Below, one piece after another: positions 34,301 through 46,381 of a stretch of 55,386 bases of DNA. The notes under the pieces were generated by a model. It was not told the origin of the DNA. It did no database searches and saw only the letters and a program-made list of their open reading frames with translations. How positions within the stretch are numbered: position 1 is the stretch's first letter; every line of letters starts with the position of its first letter. A program made the translations under genes and the position numbers. The stretch comes from Psammoneis japonica (lineage: Eukaryota). The DNA lies in contig QPGO01000006.1 in assembly GCA_008632985.1 (NCBI GenBank), positions 496,001-551,386 on the forward strand, read 5' to 3'.

Positions 34301-37300
34301 AGTCAAAAATCATGGCTGATGGGTCTCTTGCATGTTGTGCCAAGCTCTGCTCCAGAGCAAAGCACTCTAGAGCAAAGCACTCCAGAGCAGTGGCCCTTGA
34401 CAGAGAGTCCATCTGCACAGTCACACCTGCAGAGCTGGCTGACTGTGACTCTGCTGGTGTCACTTTCTTTGCCCAAACTCCGCCCACAACCTGGTCCATG
34501 TTGTTTCATCCATTGCCTCTCTGGAGACCTGACCAGATGACAAAAGCTTCAGGATTTGATTCCTGGACACAAATGACATCTGAGGACTTGCGCCGTGCAG
34601 AACATTGGCCTGGAAAGGCCCCGCTGCTGCAAGCTTGTGCAGCACCAGATGACCACGCTGGCAAAATGGCAGCAAAGTCAAAAGTGGGTGGAACAATGCA
34701 AACTGTGATGAGCTGCTGAGTCTCGCGTCACAGTGTGCTCAATGGAACATCTTCCTGAGGCAGTTCTGAGTTGCCTTGCCTGTTTTCATGGTCCCAAGTG
34801 CCGCCAGCAGTTTGTTGCATCTGCGCATTTTGAGGAGCCCGGCCATGCAAGCCTCCATCTCCCAACTTCACCCAGCGCAAAACCCACCAGACTAAAAACA
34901 AAACCCCAAACTCCACGTTGACAGCGCTGCTGCATTTCCACCCTGCAACTCCAGCAACAAGCTGACCCACACCCCTGGCACATCAACAAAATGTGGCAGA
35001 AATGCACTGCAATTCTTTGCCAAAAATGATGTCACAAGTCTGTGGCACCCACCAGAAACAGATGGCAGCAGGAAAAACAGGACCCAACTGGATGTCAAAT
35101 TCAAACATGCACTCACCAATGCTGCAACCAAGCTCTCCTCTTGGGACAGAAAGCAAAGTCATTGAGCAGAGGTGGATGGAAGGGGAGTTGTTGAGACCTG
35201 AGAGGCATGAACAGAAAACAGTCAACAGCTTGGCAAGTCAATCATCCAAAAATGCCTTTGAGACATGTGGACTTTGTGCTGAAACTTGTGCAGAATTGTT
35301 GGCAAACACAAAAAAAGCCAAATCATGTTGAGCCAGGTCTCAAATGCCAACTTCTGGGGGCATCAATGACAGAAGATTGTTTGCCACATGCACCAGAGAA
35401 CTTAAAATGACAACAGAAAAAGGGGGGTCATTGGCACCTGAGAGGCATGGACAGAGAACAGCCCAGAGCAGTTTGGCCAGTTGGCCATCTGAAATGGCTT
35501 TTGGATCATGCAGAGCATCTGATGAAGACAGCGTCAGACTGGATGAAGAACAGGATGGTCAGAGGTTGCAGGAAACTTCCTCATTTTGCCAAAGACATCT
35601 TTGCCATGAACAACGTTTGTTCAAGAAAAAAAATGGAGGATCCAAGCAACCACACCCTTTCAGCAGAACAAGATGAGAAATGCATTGATGATTGAGCCAA
35701 CTTTCTGTTGAGATCAGAGGAAGAGGGCGTGCATCTGCACTGCATTTTTGCCACGCAAATCCTGAGAAGTTGACAAGGACAGGGTTGCCAAGTTCAGGAA
35801 AGAGATGGACAACAAACAAGGTGGCTGCAAAAATCAATTTAGACAGCACACAGGTGCACATTGCTGCACCGCAGATTGTTTTTGTTTGTTGGTGCAATGC
35901 AGTCTGTGCTGCATCAGGAAGAATCATGGGCAAGGATTGGATGGGTCAACAGCACTGAGTGCACATGCATGCAAAATGTGCAGCGGGTGTGCATCAGCTG
36001 CAACTGATTGGAGGCAAAGTTGCAAAATGTTCAGACCAAAAAATGTGCCACAAATGCAAATGGTGTGAGAGTGCACAGGATTGAACATGGACGCAAGCAC
36101 AATTCAGCCAGGCTCCTCAGCAGAAAATTGCGCATCTCAGTGCTGAAGCAGAAGTGGCTGCACCATGCATCCCACAAACAAATCACACTTTTTTGCAAAA
36201 GAGGGAAAATGCACTTGGCGCCAGTCATGCCACCCCTGACAAGCAGGGGCGACCCCCCCAATGACAAGAGGTGAGCAATGGAAAACATGACAGGTGCAGC
36301 AAGCGCACATGACTCAGCACCACAACTGTGGTGGCTTGTGTTGGATGAGTCAGTGATGAGAGCCATTGGATGAGCTGCAGAACAACGCACCTTTGACAAC
36401 AGTGATGCAGCAAGTGGTGGGTCAGCAGTCATGGGTGGCATGCTCATGACAGATGGGAGAGAAGAACAAGACAAAAACAGCAAGCAATGAAAGAAAAAGC
36501 AGTGCAATGACAAAGTGAGCAACAGGGACAAGATTGGAATGGAGAGCTGCCACAAGAACACATTGTTTTGACAGCACAAATTTCTGAAATAAAAGGCACT
36601 CAAAAGTCCAAATGGAAGCAAGGGTTTTGCTGAGATGGCTCTGTTAGATCTCAGCATGCTGCAAGAAAAGAGATGACAAATTTGGGAAATGTCGAAGGAT
36701 GAGGTGTGATGGCAAATGACAACAAAGAGGAACAGCGCCTGCGGGGAAATGAAAAAAGAGTTTTTCCACAAGCACCATGCTCACAAGGTGGTTGGGGCAC
36801 AAAAAGAAAATGTCCACAGGCCCAAAACAATGCCAAGATGCCTTCTCTGGAGGAATTGCCAGAGGGGGCAGATGTCATGGAGTCCCAGAGCTGTTTTGCC
36901 TGCTGCTTCTTGCCAACAGCTGTCATTGGGAAGACAGCTCAGAAGCACCAGCTCAAACCAAGGCACTGCTTGAACAAGCTGGCATCGGCAAGTGACAAGG
37001 TGTTTGGTCTGCTGGTGGTGAAGAACAGCTGGAGCAAGTGGGCTCACATGCGCGGCAAAACAAAGGAAGAGATGAAGGTGGAAAGAGAGAGCGGATGCAT
37101 CCCCGACAAAAAATGCAGCACGGGGAAGGGGAAGCAAGCAAGAAGGAATTGTGGCTGGAACAAGCAAAGGCTGGAGAGGTGCTGAGGATTGGGAAAATGC
37201 GCGCACAATGAAACATTGAGCAAGGACACCAACAAGTGCAGTGAAATGTGGTCAAAGGCACTCTGGGAACATGTGCATGGCAGAGAAGGAGCACAGGAAG

Positions 37301-39810
37301 ACAACAGCAATGATCTGCAATCAGAGAAAGATGAGACAAGGACAACATTCAACATTGAAAGCACAGAGCTGTGGCACCTGGGTGCACAAGCAGCTGTTCA
37401 AATTCACTCACTTCCCAATGATTTGCAAATGAACACAAACAGAGCCAACCAGACAGGGGCAGGGGTGCTGAAAAGGAAAAAAAAAAACACAAAACAAAAA
37501 TGACAACAAAGGACACAGGAGCAATGCTGCAAGATCAAACATGCCAGTGCAGAGACACAAAAGGGATCAAGCAACTGACCCACATTGTTTGCCATTGCAC
37601 CTGTGCTGCAAAGTCAGCACAATGGTGTGGCTGCCTGCATCAAATGCGGCAGAACCCAAACTGCAGTGCGGCCAAAACCTGCATGGAAATTGAAGGAAGG
37701 ACCTGAATTGTTCCATTGGGCCACAACCAAATTGTCCCCCCGTTTGATGAAGGAAGAAAATTGCAGAGAAGAGCAACAAACACTCCAGGAGCCAGAAGAG
37801 GTCTGGGCCAGTCCCTTTTAAATGCACAAGATTGCTTGTGATGACAAAATGAAGGCATGTCAATGAAAGCCTCAGTTGGAAAGGGCAGGCAAGTGCACAA
37901 GATTGCTTGTGATGACAAAATGAAGGCATGCCAATGAAAGACTCAGCTGGAAAAGGCAGACAAGTGCCGCCATCACACCATCTGAAAGAAAAGGCAACAT
38001 GAGTGCCAGATCTCACATGGAAAAATGTGCAGGGGTGGCGGCTGTGAAACCAAGAGGCAGAGTTGTGTGCAAAACCCAGACCCATCAGCACACTGCCAAA
38101 ATCTTCCAAAGTGGCATTGGTGGCATCATGTTTTGGACAGCAAAAATGGCATGGTTGCACGGCAGGAAGAAAGGGTTGACAAAGACCAAACTCCTGCATG
38201 CATGGATGAGACTCCAAAAAAAAAAAAGAAGAAGAAGCACAATGGCTGATGCCCAAAGCCCCATTTGTCATGAGCAAGCTTGGCTTGTTGTTTCAATGAA
38301 GAAAGGAAAAGACTGCAATTGCTCCATCAAGAAGGCATCATGTTCACCTGCAGCCCAATTTCTTTGCACCAGGCATCGCTGGAAAACCGTGATGCTTGTC
38401 CAAGAATTTGCAAAAGTTTGAAAACAAAAAGAAGTTTGCGGCACCACCCTCACGAAAGTCGAGACCGCAAGATTTTCAACAAGTGCTTTTGGGCACAATT
38501 TGCCAAGAAAGGAAGCAAGCCAATTGCAAATGCAAAATTGTGAGACACCTCAAGCAAAATTTGGAACAAGGACTCATTTGAGCAGCCAGAGACATTCAAG
38601 ATTCAAGAGCGACTTGAATTTCATGCCAACATCATTGCATCTGAACCTGATGTTGCTCAAGGAGACAAATGAGTTCAAGCCGTCATCGTTTCTGATGATG
38701 CTGTGCAATCTTGTTGTCATGTCAAAGAGAAGAAGATTGCTGAGGAAATTGAGTCTCCAACAAGTCCTGACAATCAAGACAATGACAAGAGGTGGTGAGG
38801 CACATGAGTTTCATCAAAAAGGCCCCAAAACTCAATCAATCACAACACACACACTCCCCTTCACAGGGTTGCCTTCTTCAGATGGCAGAAAGACTGTTTG
38901 ACAAACACCGACATTGTCTGCATCCCTGAAGCTCTGATGTACACTTTTGTTCACAATGCGTGCACTTTTCAGAAATTGTGATGGCCAAAAAAAAAGAAGC
39001 CAGCCAACACCCAAAGAAAAGAAGGACATCAAGTGCGCCACAAATCTGCCCCTTGACATTTGCAACAGGTGCGCCAAAGGATGCAGAAAAGAGCAAAGCA
39101 TGAGACTCCCAAGCAGATGCACTGTGGTGGTGCAAATGCAGCAAAAAAGATGCCAATGATGCAGAGATGCAATGAGTGATTGACCATGAATGCAAGATGA
39201 CCAACCCAACTCCACACACAGCTTCAACAAAACACAAACAGCATCTGTTAGCGAGTGATGATCAAACAGCACGAAATGAGGAAACAGAGACAAAAAAACT
39301 TGCCACCACAATGTTGTTGACCACCCAGATGTCACCTGCACCACATGATGCAACCAAACAAGCCACGGGTCCAGGCACATGAGCTTTTGCAGCATGTGCA
39401 GGGCAGCCAAAGCACACCAGGAAATCAAACGAAGCAGCACGCCAACAGCAGTGCATCAGATGAGGTTTTGCCACCCACAACAAAAGGGGCACAGAAAGAG
39501 GAGGTAATTCCATTGTGTGGGCCACACTGCTCCGGCTGTCAGTGCTGATGACTGCAGCTGTGTGTTGGCTCTTGCAAGCAGAGCAGCTGTGGTGGCACAA
39601 TGTTGGAGGGGACTCAGTCAAGAGGCAGGGGAAGTGGTGCACCCCTCTTCAGCCACAAATGCTTTCCTTTGTTCTTCAGAAGAATCGAGGAAAAGAGAAA
39701 GCAAAACAACTCAACGGCCAATCCAAATCTTGCTCTTCATCGTGGGGAGCCGCACAGGGCTCGTTCAATTTGCGTTGCGTGGGATGCAATGTTTGGCCTG
39801 TCCTTCGGGG
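34300..39810 (+). mobile_element. Degenerate DNA-transposon-like relic(s), TpA- and CpG-depleted
   Basis: ASDKVFGLLVVKNSWSKW...CGWNKQRLERC (36990-37185) resembles the SDEAF..N.W...GWS.EG..RY accessory ORF of some DNA transposons. Internal tandem repeats. Confidence 0.4.
37823..37967. repeat. 71-bp tandem repeat x2
   Basis: TGCACAAGATTGCTTGTGATGACAAAATGAAGGCATG at 37823 and 37894. Confidence 0.9.
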
Positions 39811-40070
39811 TGTGTGGCCTATGAAACGTCACTCCCACATAAGATGAAAGGCTAATTAACTTGATAAAAGGCTTATTTTCGGCTATATGACGTCAATTTA
39901 GGCTACTTCTTACCGCCTTTTTCAAAGCCTCGAGTCAAAACGATGTAGATCTCTGATCACAAATTGCGTACCGTGTTAAAATGTAGTAACTCTTATGCAA
40001 ACACAATGGAGAAAATGTGTTGTTTATTACGCAAGTCTGATTGTAAGACTCCCTAAGGTTCGGTGTCATC

Positions 40071-41177
40071 TTACTGGATCGGCATGCGCAGCATCATGCC
40101 GTTGTCCTTGACGATTCCGTTGCAAATCACACATGAGCAACCGACGGCATGGGCGTTGCCCGAGGAGCAACTTTTACATCCACAAGTTGCCCCATGCTTC
40201 GCAGAGCTGCAGCTACTGCAAGCACAACCAGCGGCGTGAACGGCGGTGGCGCACGACCCGCAAACGCAACCAGCAGCGTGCATACTACCAGCGCTGCAAC
40301 TGCTGCACGAGCAACCCACGGCGTGCATGGAAGTCTTGCAAGATTCACAAGCGCATCCAGCGGCGTGCATCACCGAGCTGCAACTGCTACAAGAGCATCC
40401 AGCGGCGTGCATCATCATCATAGAGCTGCAGCTGCTACAAGAGCATCCAGCGGAATGCATGACGGTCTTGCAAGATCCACAAGAGCAACCAGCGGCGTGA
40501 AGAGCGGTAGCGCATGATGCGCAAGCACATTCGGCACCGTGGTTCATACTACTGCAGACTCCACAGGTACATCCAGCGTCGTGCATCACGGACTTGACGG
40601 GAGCCGAGCAGGTGTCGCAAGAGCACCCAGCGGCGTGCATCGTGGCGGGAGGCTCGGCGCAAACGCCGCAGATGCAAGAGTCTCCGTGAAAGCGCACAGG
40701 AGACGTTGGGATACCGCACGAGTCGCAAGCACATCCAGCGGCATGCATGACGGCAGGGGGGCTGCATGCGTCACATGCGCATCCAGCGGCATGCATCGCG
40801 GCCGGGGTACTGCAGACACTACAGTTGCAACCGGCGGTATGATTCGCGGGGACGCAAGAACTGCATTCGCATCCTGCAGCATGAGCGCTATGAGCCTGAA
40901 CGCAGGAGCAGCTCTTACAAGTACATCCTTCGGAATGAACTCCAACAGCCTTCAAAAGGCATGATCCGCACAAGTTTCCGGGAGAGCAAGTCGACTTGCA
41001 GGACGTAAAGTCTTTCTGAAGCGAATGGGTGTCAAACGTAAGTTGGCTTCCAGAGCTCGCCCCGATATGAAAGGAACGAGTCGTACCCAAGCGAATTGCA
41101 TGGCGAAAGGCATACTGCGGTCGCATCAAGAGCGATCTTGCCGACTTGGCGGCAATCGCCGCATTCGCAGACGCCAT
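40071..41177 (-). CDS. Large metallothionein-like protein, 18 x H-x3-C-x-C-x2-C, with mitochondrial-type presequence
   Basis: Repeats such as MHAAGCACDAC and HGDSCICGVC. The first ~45 aa are Arg/Ala/Ser-rich with no acidic residues (…RLGTTRSFH). Confidence 0.8.
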   Translation of the reverse strand: MASANAAIAAKSARSLLMRPQYAFRHAIRLGTTRSFHIGASSGSQLTFDTHSLQKDFTSCKSTCSPGNLCGSCLLKAVGVHSEGCTCKSCSCVQAHSAHAAGCECSSCVPANHTAGCNCSVCSTPAAMHAAGCACDACSPPAVMHAAGCACDSCGIPTSPVRFHGDSCICGVCAEPPATMHAAGCSCDTCSAPVKSVMHDAGCTCGVCSSMNHGAECACASCATALHAAGCSCGSCKTVMHSAGCSCSSCSSMMMMHAAGCSCSSCSSVMHAAGCACESCKTSMHAVGCSCSSCSAGSMHAAGCVCGSCATAVHAAGCACSSCSSAKHGATCGCKSCSSGNAHAVGCSCVICNGIVKDNGMMLRMPIQ

Positions 41178-41247
41178 GGTTCGAAGGAGAATTGAAATGA
41201 TGTGGCGATCGACACCTTACGTAGATTCTACGGGAGATTTGTACTAC

Positions 41248-41455
41248 TGACGTTTGCAGAAAAGAATTGAGAAAGCACGAGGTCTGATCTCTCTGAAATC
41301 TCTCTTCGCTTTGATAGATGATCGTCGTCGTTCAACACACGTCATCGAACGCTTTTTTGACAGAATAGATACGCTGACGTGAGCAAGGCCCTTCCCCATC
41401 CGAAGTACAGGAGACACTGGTACAACACGTCAGATTGACGAAGATATTCTGACGT
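41248..41455. promoter_or_regulatory. Cluster of five TGACGT/ACGTCA motifs (CCRE/bZIP-type) in a bidirectional promoter
   Basis: TGACGT at 41248, 41375 and 41450; ACGTCA at 41339 and 41427. Confidence 0.65.
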
Positions 41456-41699
41456 CGTTGAGAACCCAAATGTCACCGTGTTGATTGATTTGATTGTGTG
41501 TGAACGCAACGATGAGAAACAAAATTTCAAATTCGACGAACGCGTACGTATGTGAAGATCTCACGTAGATTCTGTACGGGGTCCACAGGCGAAGAAGTCA
41601 TGTCAACATCACTGCTGTAGAGCTAGATCTTCGCAACCCTCACAATCCTCGTTTGTTGTCAAGTAAACGCCTTCACAAGCTTCAACCATCACGATAACC

Positions 41700-42491
41700 A
41701 TGTTGTTCTCTGTTGCCGTCAAGCGTACCGCCATGGCCGCCGCCAAGCACGAGGGCCGTGCCCTCTCCACGGTCGCATCCGCCTTCGGACGTGCCGTTGC
41801 CGCTAAGAGCCCTGCCTCGACTATGTCTCACACTTGTGGTCCCAACTGTGCGTCTCCCTTCTGCACCCACAAGTCTCCAACGGCTCGTCAATTTTTCTCT
41901 TTTAGCACGGATGCGCACGATTTGGACACTTCCACCCCCGACAAGTGCCTCGAGGCCCTCGAAGCGGGCAACGTACGCTTTACCGAAGGCGACATTATTG
42001 CACCCAACCGCAACATGGACCGCGTCAAGGAACTCGCGGGTGGCCAAGCTCCCTTTGCCGCGTTTTTGTCGTGTGCCGACAGTCGCGTGCCCGTCGAGAT
42101 GATCTTCGATCAGGGGTTTGGTGACGTGTTCATCTGCCGCGTTGCGGGAAATATCGTCAACACCGAAACGATCGGATCGTTGGAGTTCGGATGCGCCGTG
42201 CTCGGTGCCAAGGTCCTGTACGTCTTGGGTCATTCCAGCTGTGGAGCCGTCAATGCAACTATTGCGGGAGATGCAGTTCCCGGCGTCATCAGCTCCTTGT
42301 ACTACGGTATCAAGCCCGGATGTGAGGCCGGTCACGGTGACTTGGACGCCTCGATTGCTGAAAATGTCAAGTTTCAGGTCAAGCAGCTCGAAGTTTCTCC
42401 CGTCTTGAAGGGCCTTGTCGCTGAAGGAAAATTGAAAATTGTCGGAGGAGTTTATGACCTCGCCACGGGAAAGGCGAACAGAGTCTGCTAA
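41700..42491 (+). CDS. Beta-class carbonic anhydrase with mitochondrial-type presequence
   Basis: LEAGNVRF, Zn ligands CADSRV and GHSSCGAV, RVAGN, GSLEFG, GGVYDLATG. Basic Ala-rich N-terminus. Confidence 0.93.
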   Translation: MLFSVAVKRTAMAAAKHEGRALSTVASAFGRAVAAKSPASTMSHTCGPNCASPFCTHKSPTARQFFSFSTDAHDLDTSTPDKCLEALEAGNVRFTEGDIIAPNRNMDRVKELAGGQAPFAAFLSCADSRVPVEMIFDQGFGDVFICRVAGNIVNTETIGSLEFGCAVLGAKVLYVLGHSSCGAVNATIAGDAVPGVISSLYYGIKPGCEAGHGDLDASIAENVKFQVKQLEVSPVLKGLVAEGKLKIVGGVYDLATGKANRVC

Positions 42492-42869
42492 GAATGCACC
42501 TCATGCATGAATGATTGGAGCTGGATAGAGTTGGCGGTCTGTCTATCCTACCTGTGGCTCTTTAGGATTCAACAGCATAGTATATTATATGATAGCACAA
42601 TCATTGCTGGTATGTGTACGGTATTATTGAACTACCGTCCATAGAGGGGCTCTTTCGTTCACCGCCTTACTCTGTACATTCTCCGCTGCGGCCTGTTTTT
42701 CGCACTCTTCTTGCTATTCTCGATCACGTGTGCTGGTGGGCGTCAGCAACAAAAAGTGACAAATGACCGCATCAACCAGTTTCACAAGGTCGCGATAACG
42801 ACGAAAAGCACAACTCTCGGACATCATCACTTGCCGTGCAAGACAACACAGTGCACTTAACCTGAAGTG

Positions 42870-43759
42870 AATCTGTTTCAAGGACAAACTTTTGGTTGTC
42901 CAGGAGGGGCTTGACTTTTCCTGATAAAAACAGACTCGTGAGGGTCTTCACATCATTTGCAACGGCAGGAGCCGACGTGTCACAAGTGCAAAGCTTGCAG
43001 GCTGGTCCTCCAAAGTTGGACATGAACTCATGTGACATGAAACTGGTGCCTGCATGAAAAAAACCTTTTCCATCACCCACAATGGTGACAACCTTTCCTC
43101 CAATGGCATCCAACACCAAATCAAGCTCCTCTTGTCCTTCAACTCATCCATCACGAGCTGTTCCTTGCAGCCAGTCACTGCATCGGCACCAAGTCCCTCA
43201 ATGAGATCCATGGCACTGCCTGTCAAGTGCACATGTGACACTCCCATGGCTTTGGCAATCTGAGCCGCCAGCGCTCCAACTCCACCGGATCGCCCAAAAT
43301 GGCAACCGGCTGTCCCTCCTTCAAAACAATCCCTGAGTCACCAATCCCTGCAAGGCTGCAAGACCAGCCAATTGCGTGGACGCAGCTTGCTCAAACAATG
43401 CTTTTTGGGTTTGAGGCTGGCTGCTTGTTCCTTGACCTTGGCACATTCGGCAAAGGTCCCACCAGCAGCAGCAGCATCTGCATGGATTTCGTCTCCAACT
43501 TTTGGAGAGTCACGGTTGTCTCTGGCCCAATCTCCTTTGCAGTCCTGGAGACATCAAATCCAGCACCAAAACCGGGTTTTGCACCAGGAAAGGTGCCACT
43601 CATGAGTTTCCAATCAATTGGATTGATTGAGGCAGCGTGAACCTTGATGAGAAGTTCACCCTTGCCAGGAGTGGGTCGGTCGACATTGCCATCTGCCGAC
43701 AGTGCGTCTGGTGAACTTGTGGTGGGGTCACCAATTTTGTGCAAAACAGCAGCCTTCAT
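42870..43759 (-). pseudogene. MDR-family NADPH:quinone oxidoreductase-like pseudogene, TpA-depleted
   Basis: MKAAVLHKIG...PTPGKGELLIKVHAASINPIDWK, GGVGALAAQIAKAMG, LGADAV, VLDAIGG, GKVKP, spread over several frames. Confidence 0.8.
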
Positions 43760-44114
43760 TTTGGTGAAAACTTGTTGAACGGTGATGTGCGTGTTTTTGT
43801 GTATTATGTTACGTCCAGTGTCATGCCAACACTGTCACAGCGACAACACGTCGCTCATCCAAGTTGTCTAAAACAACAGTTCACCGCTTTGACCTTGGAT
43901 GTGTTTCTTGGTCCAAATGGGCCGTCCAATGAGAATATGCTTTTTCTATCTCTCGCCACCACAACTGCGAAGCACACCATGTTCTGGATCGCCTTGACCG
44001 TCACCACCCGCCAACTCGAACGACAAGTCGCAACGAAGCAACTACAAATGCCATATTGAACTGTACAGGCCTAAATAGTTGAAAATTCTGAAAATTTTGT
44101 TTGCACTCTGCATC

Positions 44115-45118
44115 ATGAACAACAAAAAGATTCTCTGGATCGGCGGATCCTCCGGATTGGCTCGGACCTTTGTACAACGATACGGACAACTCCAAGGCCT
44201 TGTCTTGTCTGGATTGGAACCGTCTGCACCCTCATGGTGGCACGGACTGTGGATTTCTTGTAATTTGACCGATACCTCGGCTGCTGCCATGCTGGATTTG
44301 TCAAGCTTTGACGAAATCATTTTGAGTGTCCGTGCTCCCCTCGTCATGGGCCACGCCACGCGTCACGAGGACTTGTTGGGTGGTCTGCAAGTGTTGCTCA
44401 AGCAAATCACGTCAAGACAACGCCTCTTGCATATTTCATCCGTGGCTGCCGTGAAACATTTGCAAGCACAAGTGGAAATACATGAAAACACCCCGCTGCC
44501 GCCCATGTCGAGCTACACGGCATCCTATGATGTCTTTAAACGAAAAACAGAAGAATTGGTGGCTCGTGCTTGCCAAGAAAAGAATGTTTCCTATACGAAT
44601 TTACGGATAAGTGCCATTTTCTCCTTGGATGAGAACTGCATCCAATGCGGGGCGCTACAACTCCAATCGCGCATTGGTTCGTATCTGCCCATAAAAATTG
44701 ATTGCAACTCGAGTCGCAACGTGGCTGCCGCTATTTATTTGTGGCTCGACAAGAAGGAAAAGGTTGACAAGCTGTATTACTATACCCGGCCCTCTAGCGA
44801 AACAAGACATGTTCCATATGGCGAACATTTGGTAGCATATCGCAAAGCATACAATGTTCGATTCTGCGTTTGGCTCCCATATTGGTTTGTCAATATTGTG
44901 GTGGCATGTTTTCACATGATTGTCAATTATACGTGGCTACATCATGTTTCAGTGGCTGTTTCAGTGGACTACTTGCTTCAAGTTAGCACTCGAGAGCATT
45001 CCTTTTCCAATGAATTGTTTCTTCGGGATTTTCCTGAAATCTCTCAAGAGAAGAATCAATTTTGGAAGCCTTCTTGAGACGAAGGCACGTGCTTGCAAAG
45101 AAAAAGAAGGAAGCCTGA
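44115..45118 (+). CDS. NAD-dependent epimerase/dehydratase (extended SDR); probable frameshift near 45050
   Basis: ILWIGGSSGLAR Rossmann motif, HISS, YDVFK (YxxxK). Alternative C-terminus EESILEAFLRRRHVLAKKKKEA* lies in a shifted frame. Confidence 0.75.
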
Positions 45119-45247
45119 ATTCTCATGTCAGTGAGCGCAGCTGTCGTAAACACGCAATGCGAATGATTTCGTGCCGTGAATGCGAGGCTTTTCCGCCGGT
45201 ACCGGAGTAAGTTGTTGTGCGATGCTTGAAAAATTATGACTACATGA

Positions 45248-45931
45248 TTGTGTTTGATCTTGACTTTACCGGCCAAGAAAGCAGATTCGAAACAAGTCGC
45301 AAAAGTAGGAGGCAAGAAGAAAGCGATACAAGAGTCTACCGCTGTGATTGTCGGAACCGCCAACAATGTTGCCAAGTATGTTCCTCACGTCATGGCGGAT
45401 CTGCACCGACTTGGAAAAAGGTTTCAATCCTACCACTGCTCCAATCACAACACGACCATCGTATCTGTTTCCATGATTCACAAAGGGGGAGTACAGATGC
45501 TTACTCAGGCTAGAAACGTTTCTTTACAAGCGGTGAAATCAAACCACAGCAACTATGACTGCATGATTGTGTTTGATCTTGACTTTGCGTGTTCCATCAA
45601 CACGACAGCATTCGCGAATGCCATTGAACATTCGGACAAGTGGGACGTGATATCCTTCACCTTAGTTCCTTATTGGAACTGGTGTGCATTCAGGGCTCCG
45701 TTTTCTCACGACGAGTTCTTGATCAAGCTCAAAACCATGACTAACGATGAATTCCTGCAGGCGGAACCGGCATTTCACCATTCAGCGATATACAAGATGG
45801 ATAAGCTTGCTGACGTTGAGTACACCTTCAAGTCGGGAGAGTCCGAGTATGTTCTTCTGCGCCAACTCATGCGGGAGAAAGCTAAGGCACGAATAATGGT
45901 GCCTCCAATATCCTCTGTAAGAATGAGTTGA
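45248..45931 (+). pseudogene. Partial CAP59/mannosyltransferase-like glycosyltransferase
   Basis: AVIVGTANNV, LTQARN, MIVFDLD (DxD), AFHHSAIYK. No clear start. A ~35-bp segment is duplicated at 45233 and 45552. Confidence 0.45.
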
Positions 45932-46381
45932 CCTAGAGAACATGATACAAAGCTAGAAATAGAGCTGGAATTCTCTAGCAGGTAGTCGACTCGTTTTATC
46001 GGTGAATTCTCCGGATTGTGCAAAGACACGGCGAACTCGATTGCTGCTTGTTGTCCAGATTGGAATCATCTGCATGGCCGTTCAGCGTGAAAAGCTCGAG
46101 GTATTGAGAAGGGTGAAAAGGCAGCTGCAGAATCTACTGGAGTAGTGCTATTCGTTTAGCCCTCAAAAGATTGCGCTTGCGTTGTTAGTCTCGTGTCAAT
46201 AAATATGCACTTCTTCAACGCAAGCAATATGTCACGTAGTGTGATATGCAATACAATTATATCAAATTACTCTCTGTCTACTAGCTAAGTTCTCATGGAC
46301 ACGTCATCCTACTACCCATACGCAACATGTATTCACTACTACTACCTCTCATTGAAATTCCATGAATGGCGATAGCTCACC

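Noticed and set aside
34350..34390. 15-bp tandem repeat CTC(C/T)AGAGCAAAGCA
   Set aside because: Short local slippage inside a TE relic, with no further significance evident.
30411..39855. Dozens of overlapping 60-250-aa ORFs in all six frames
   Set aside because: Artefact of TAA/TAG loss in TpA-free DNA; Tyr-free, Cys/His-rich and without coherent domains.
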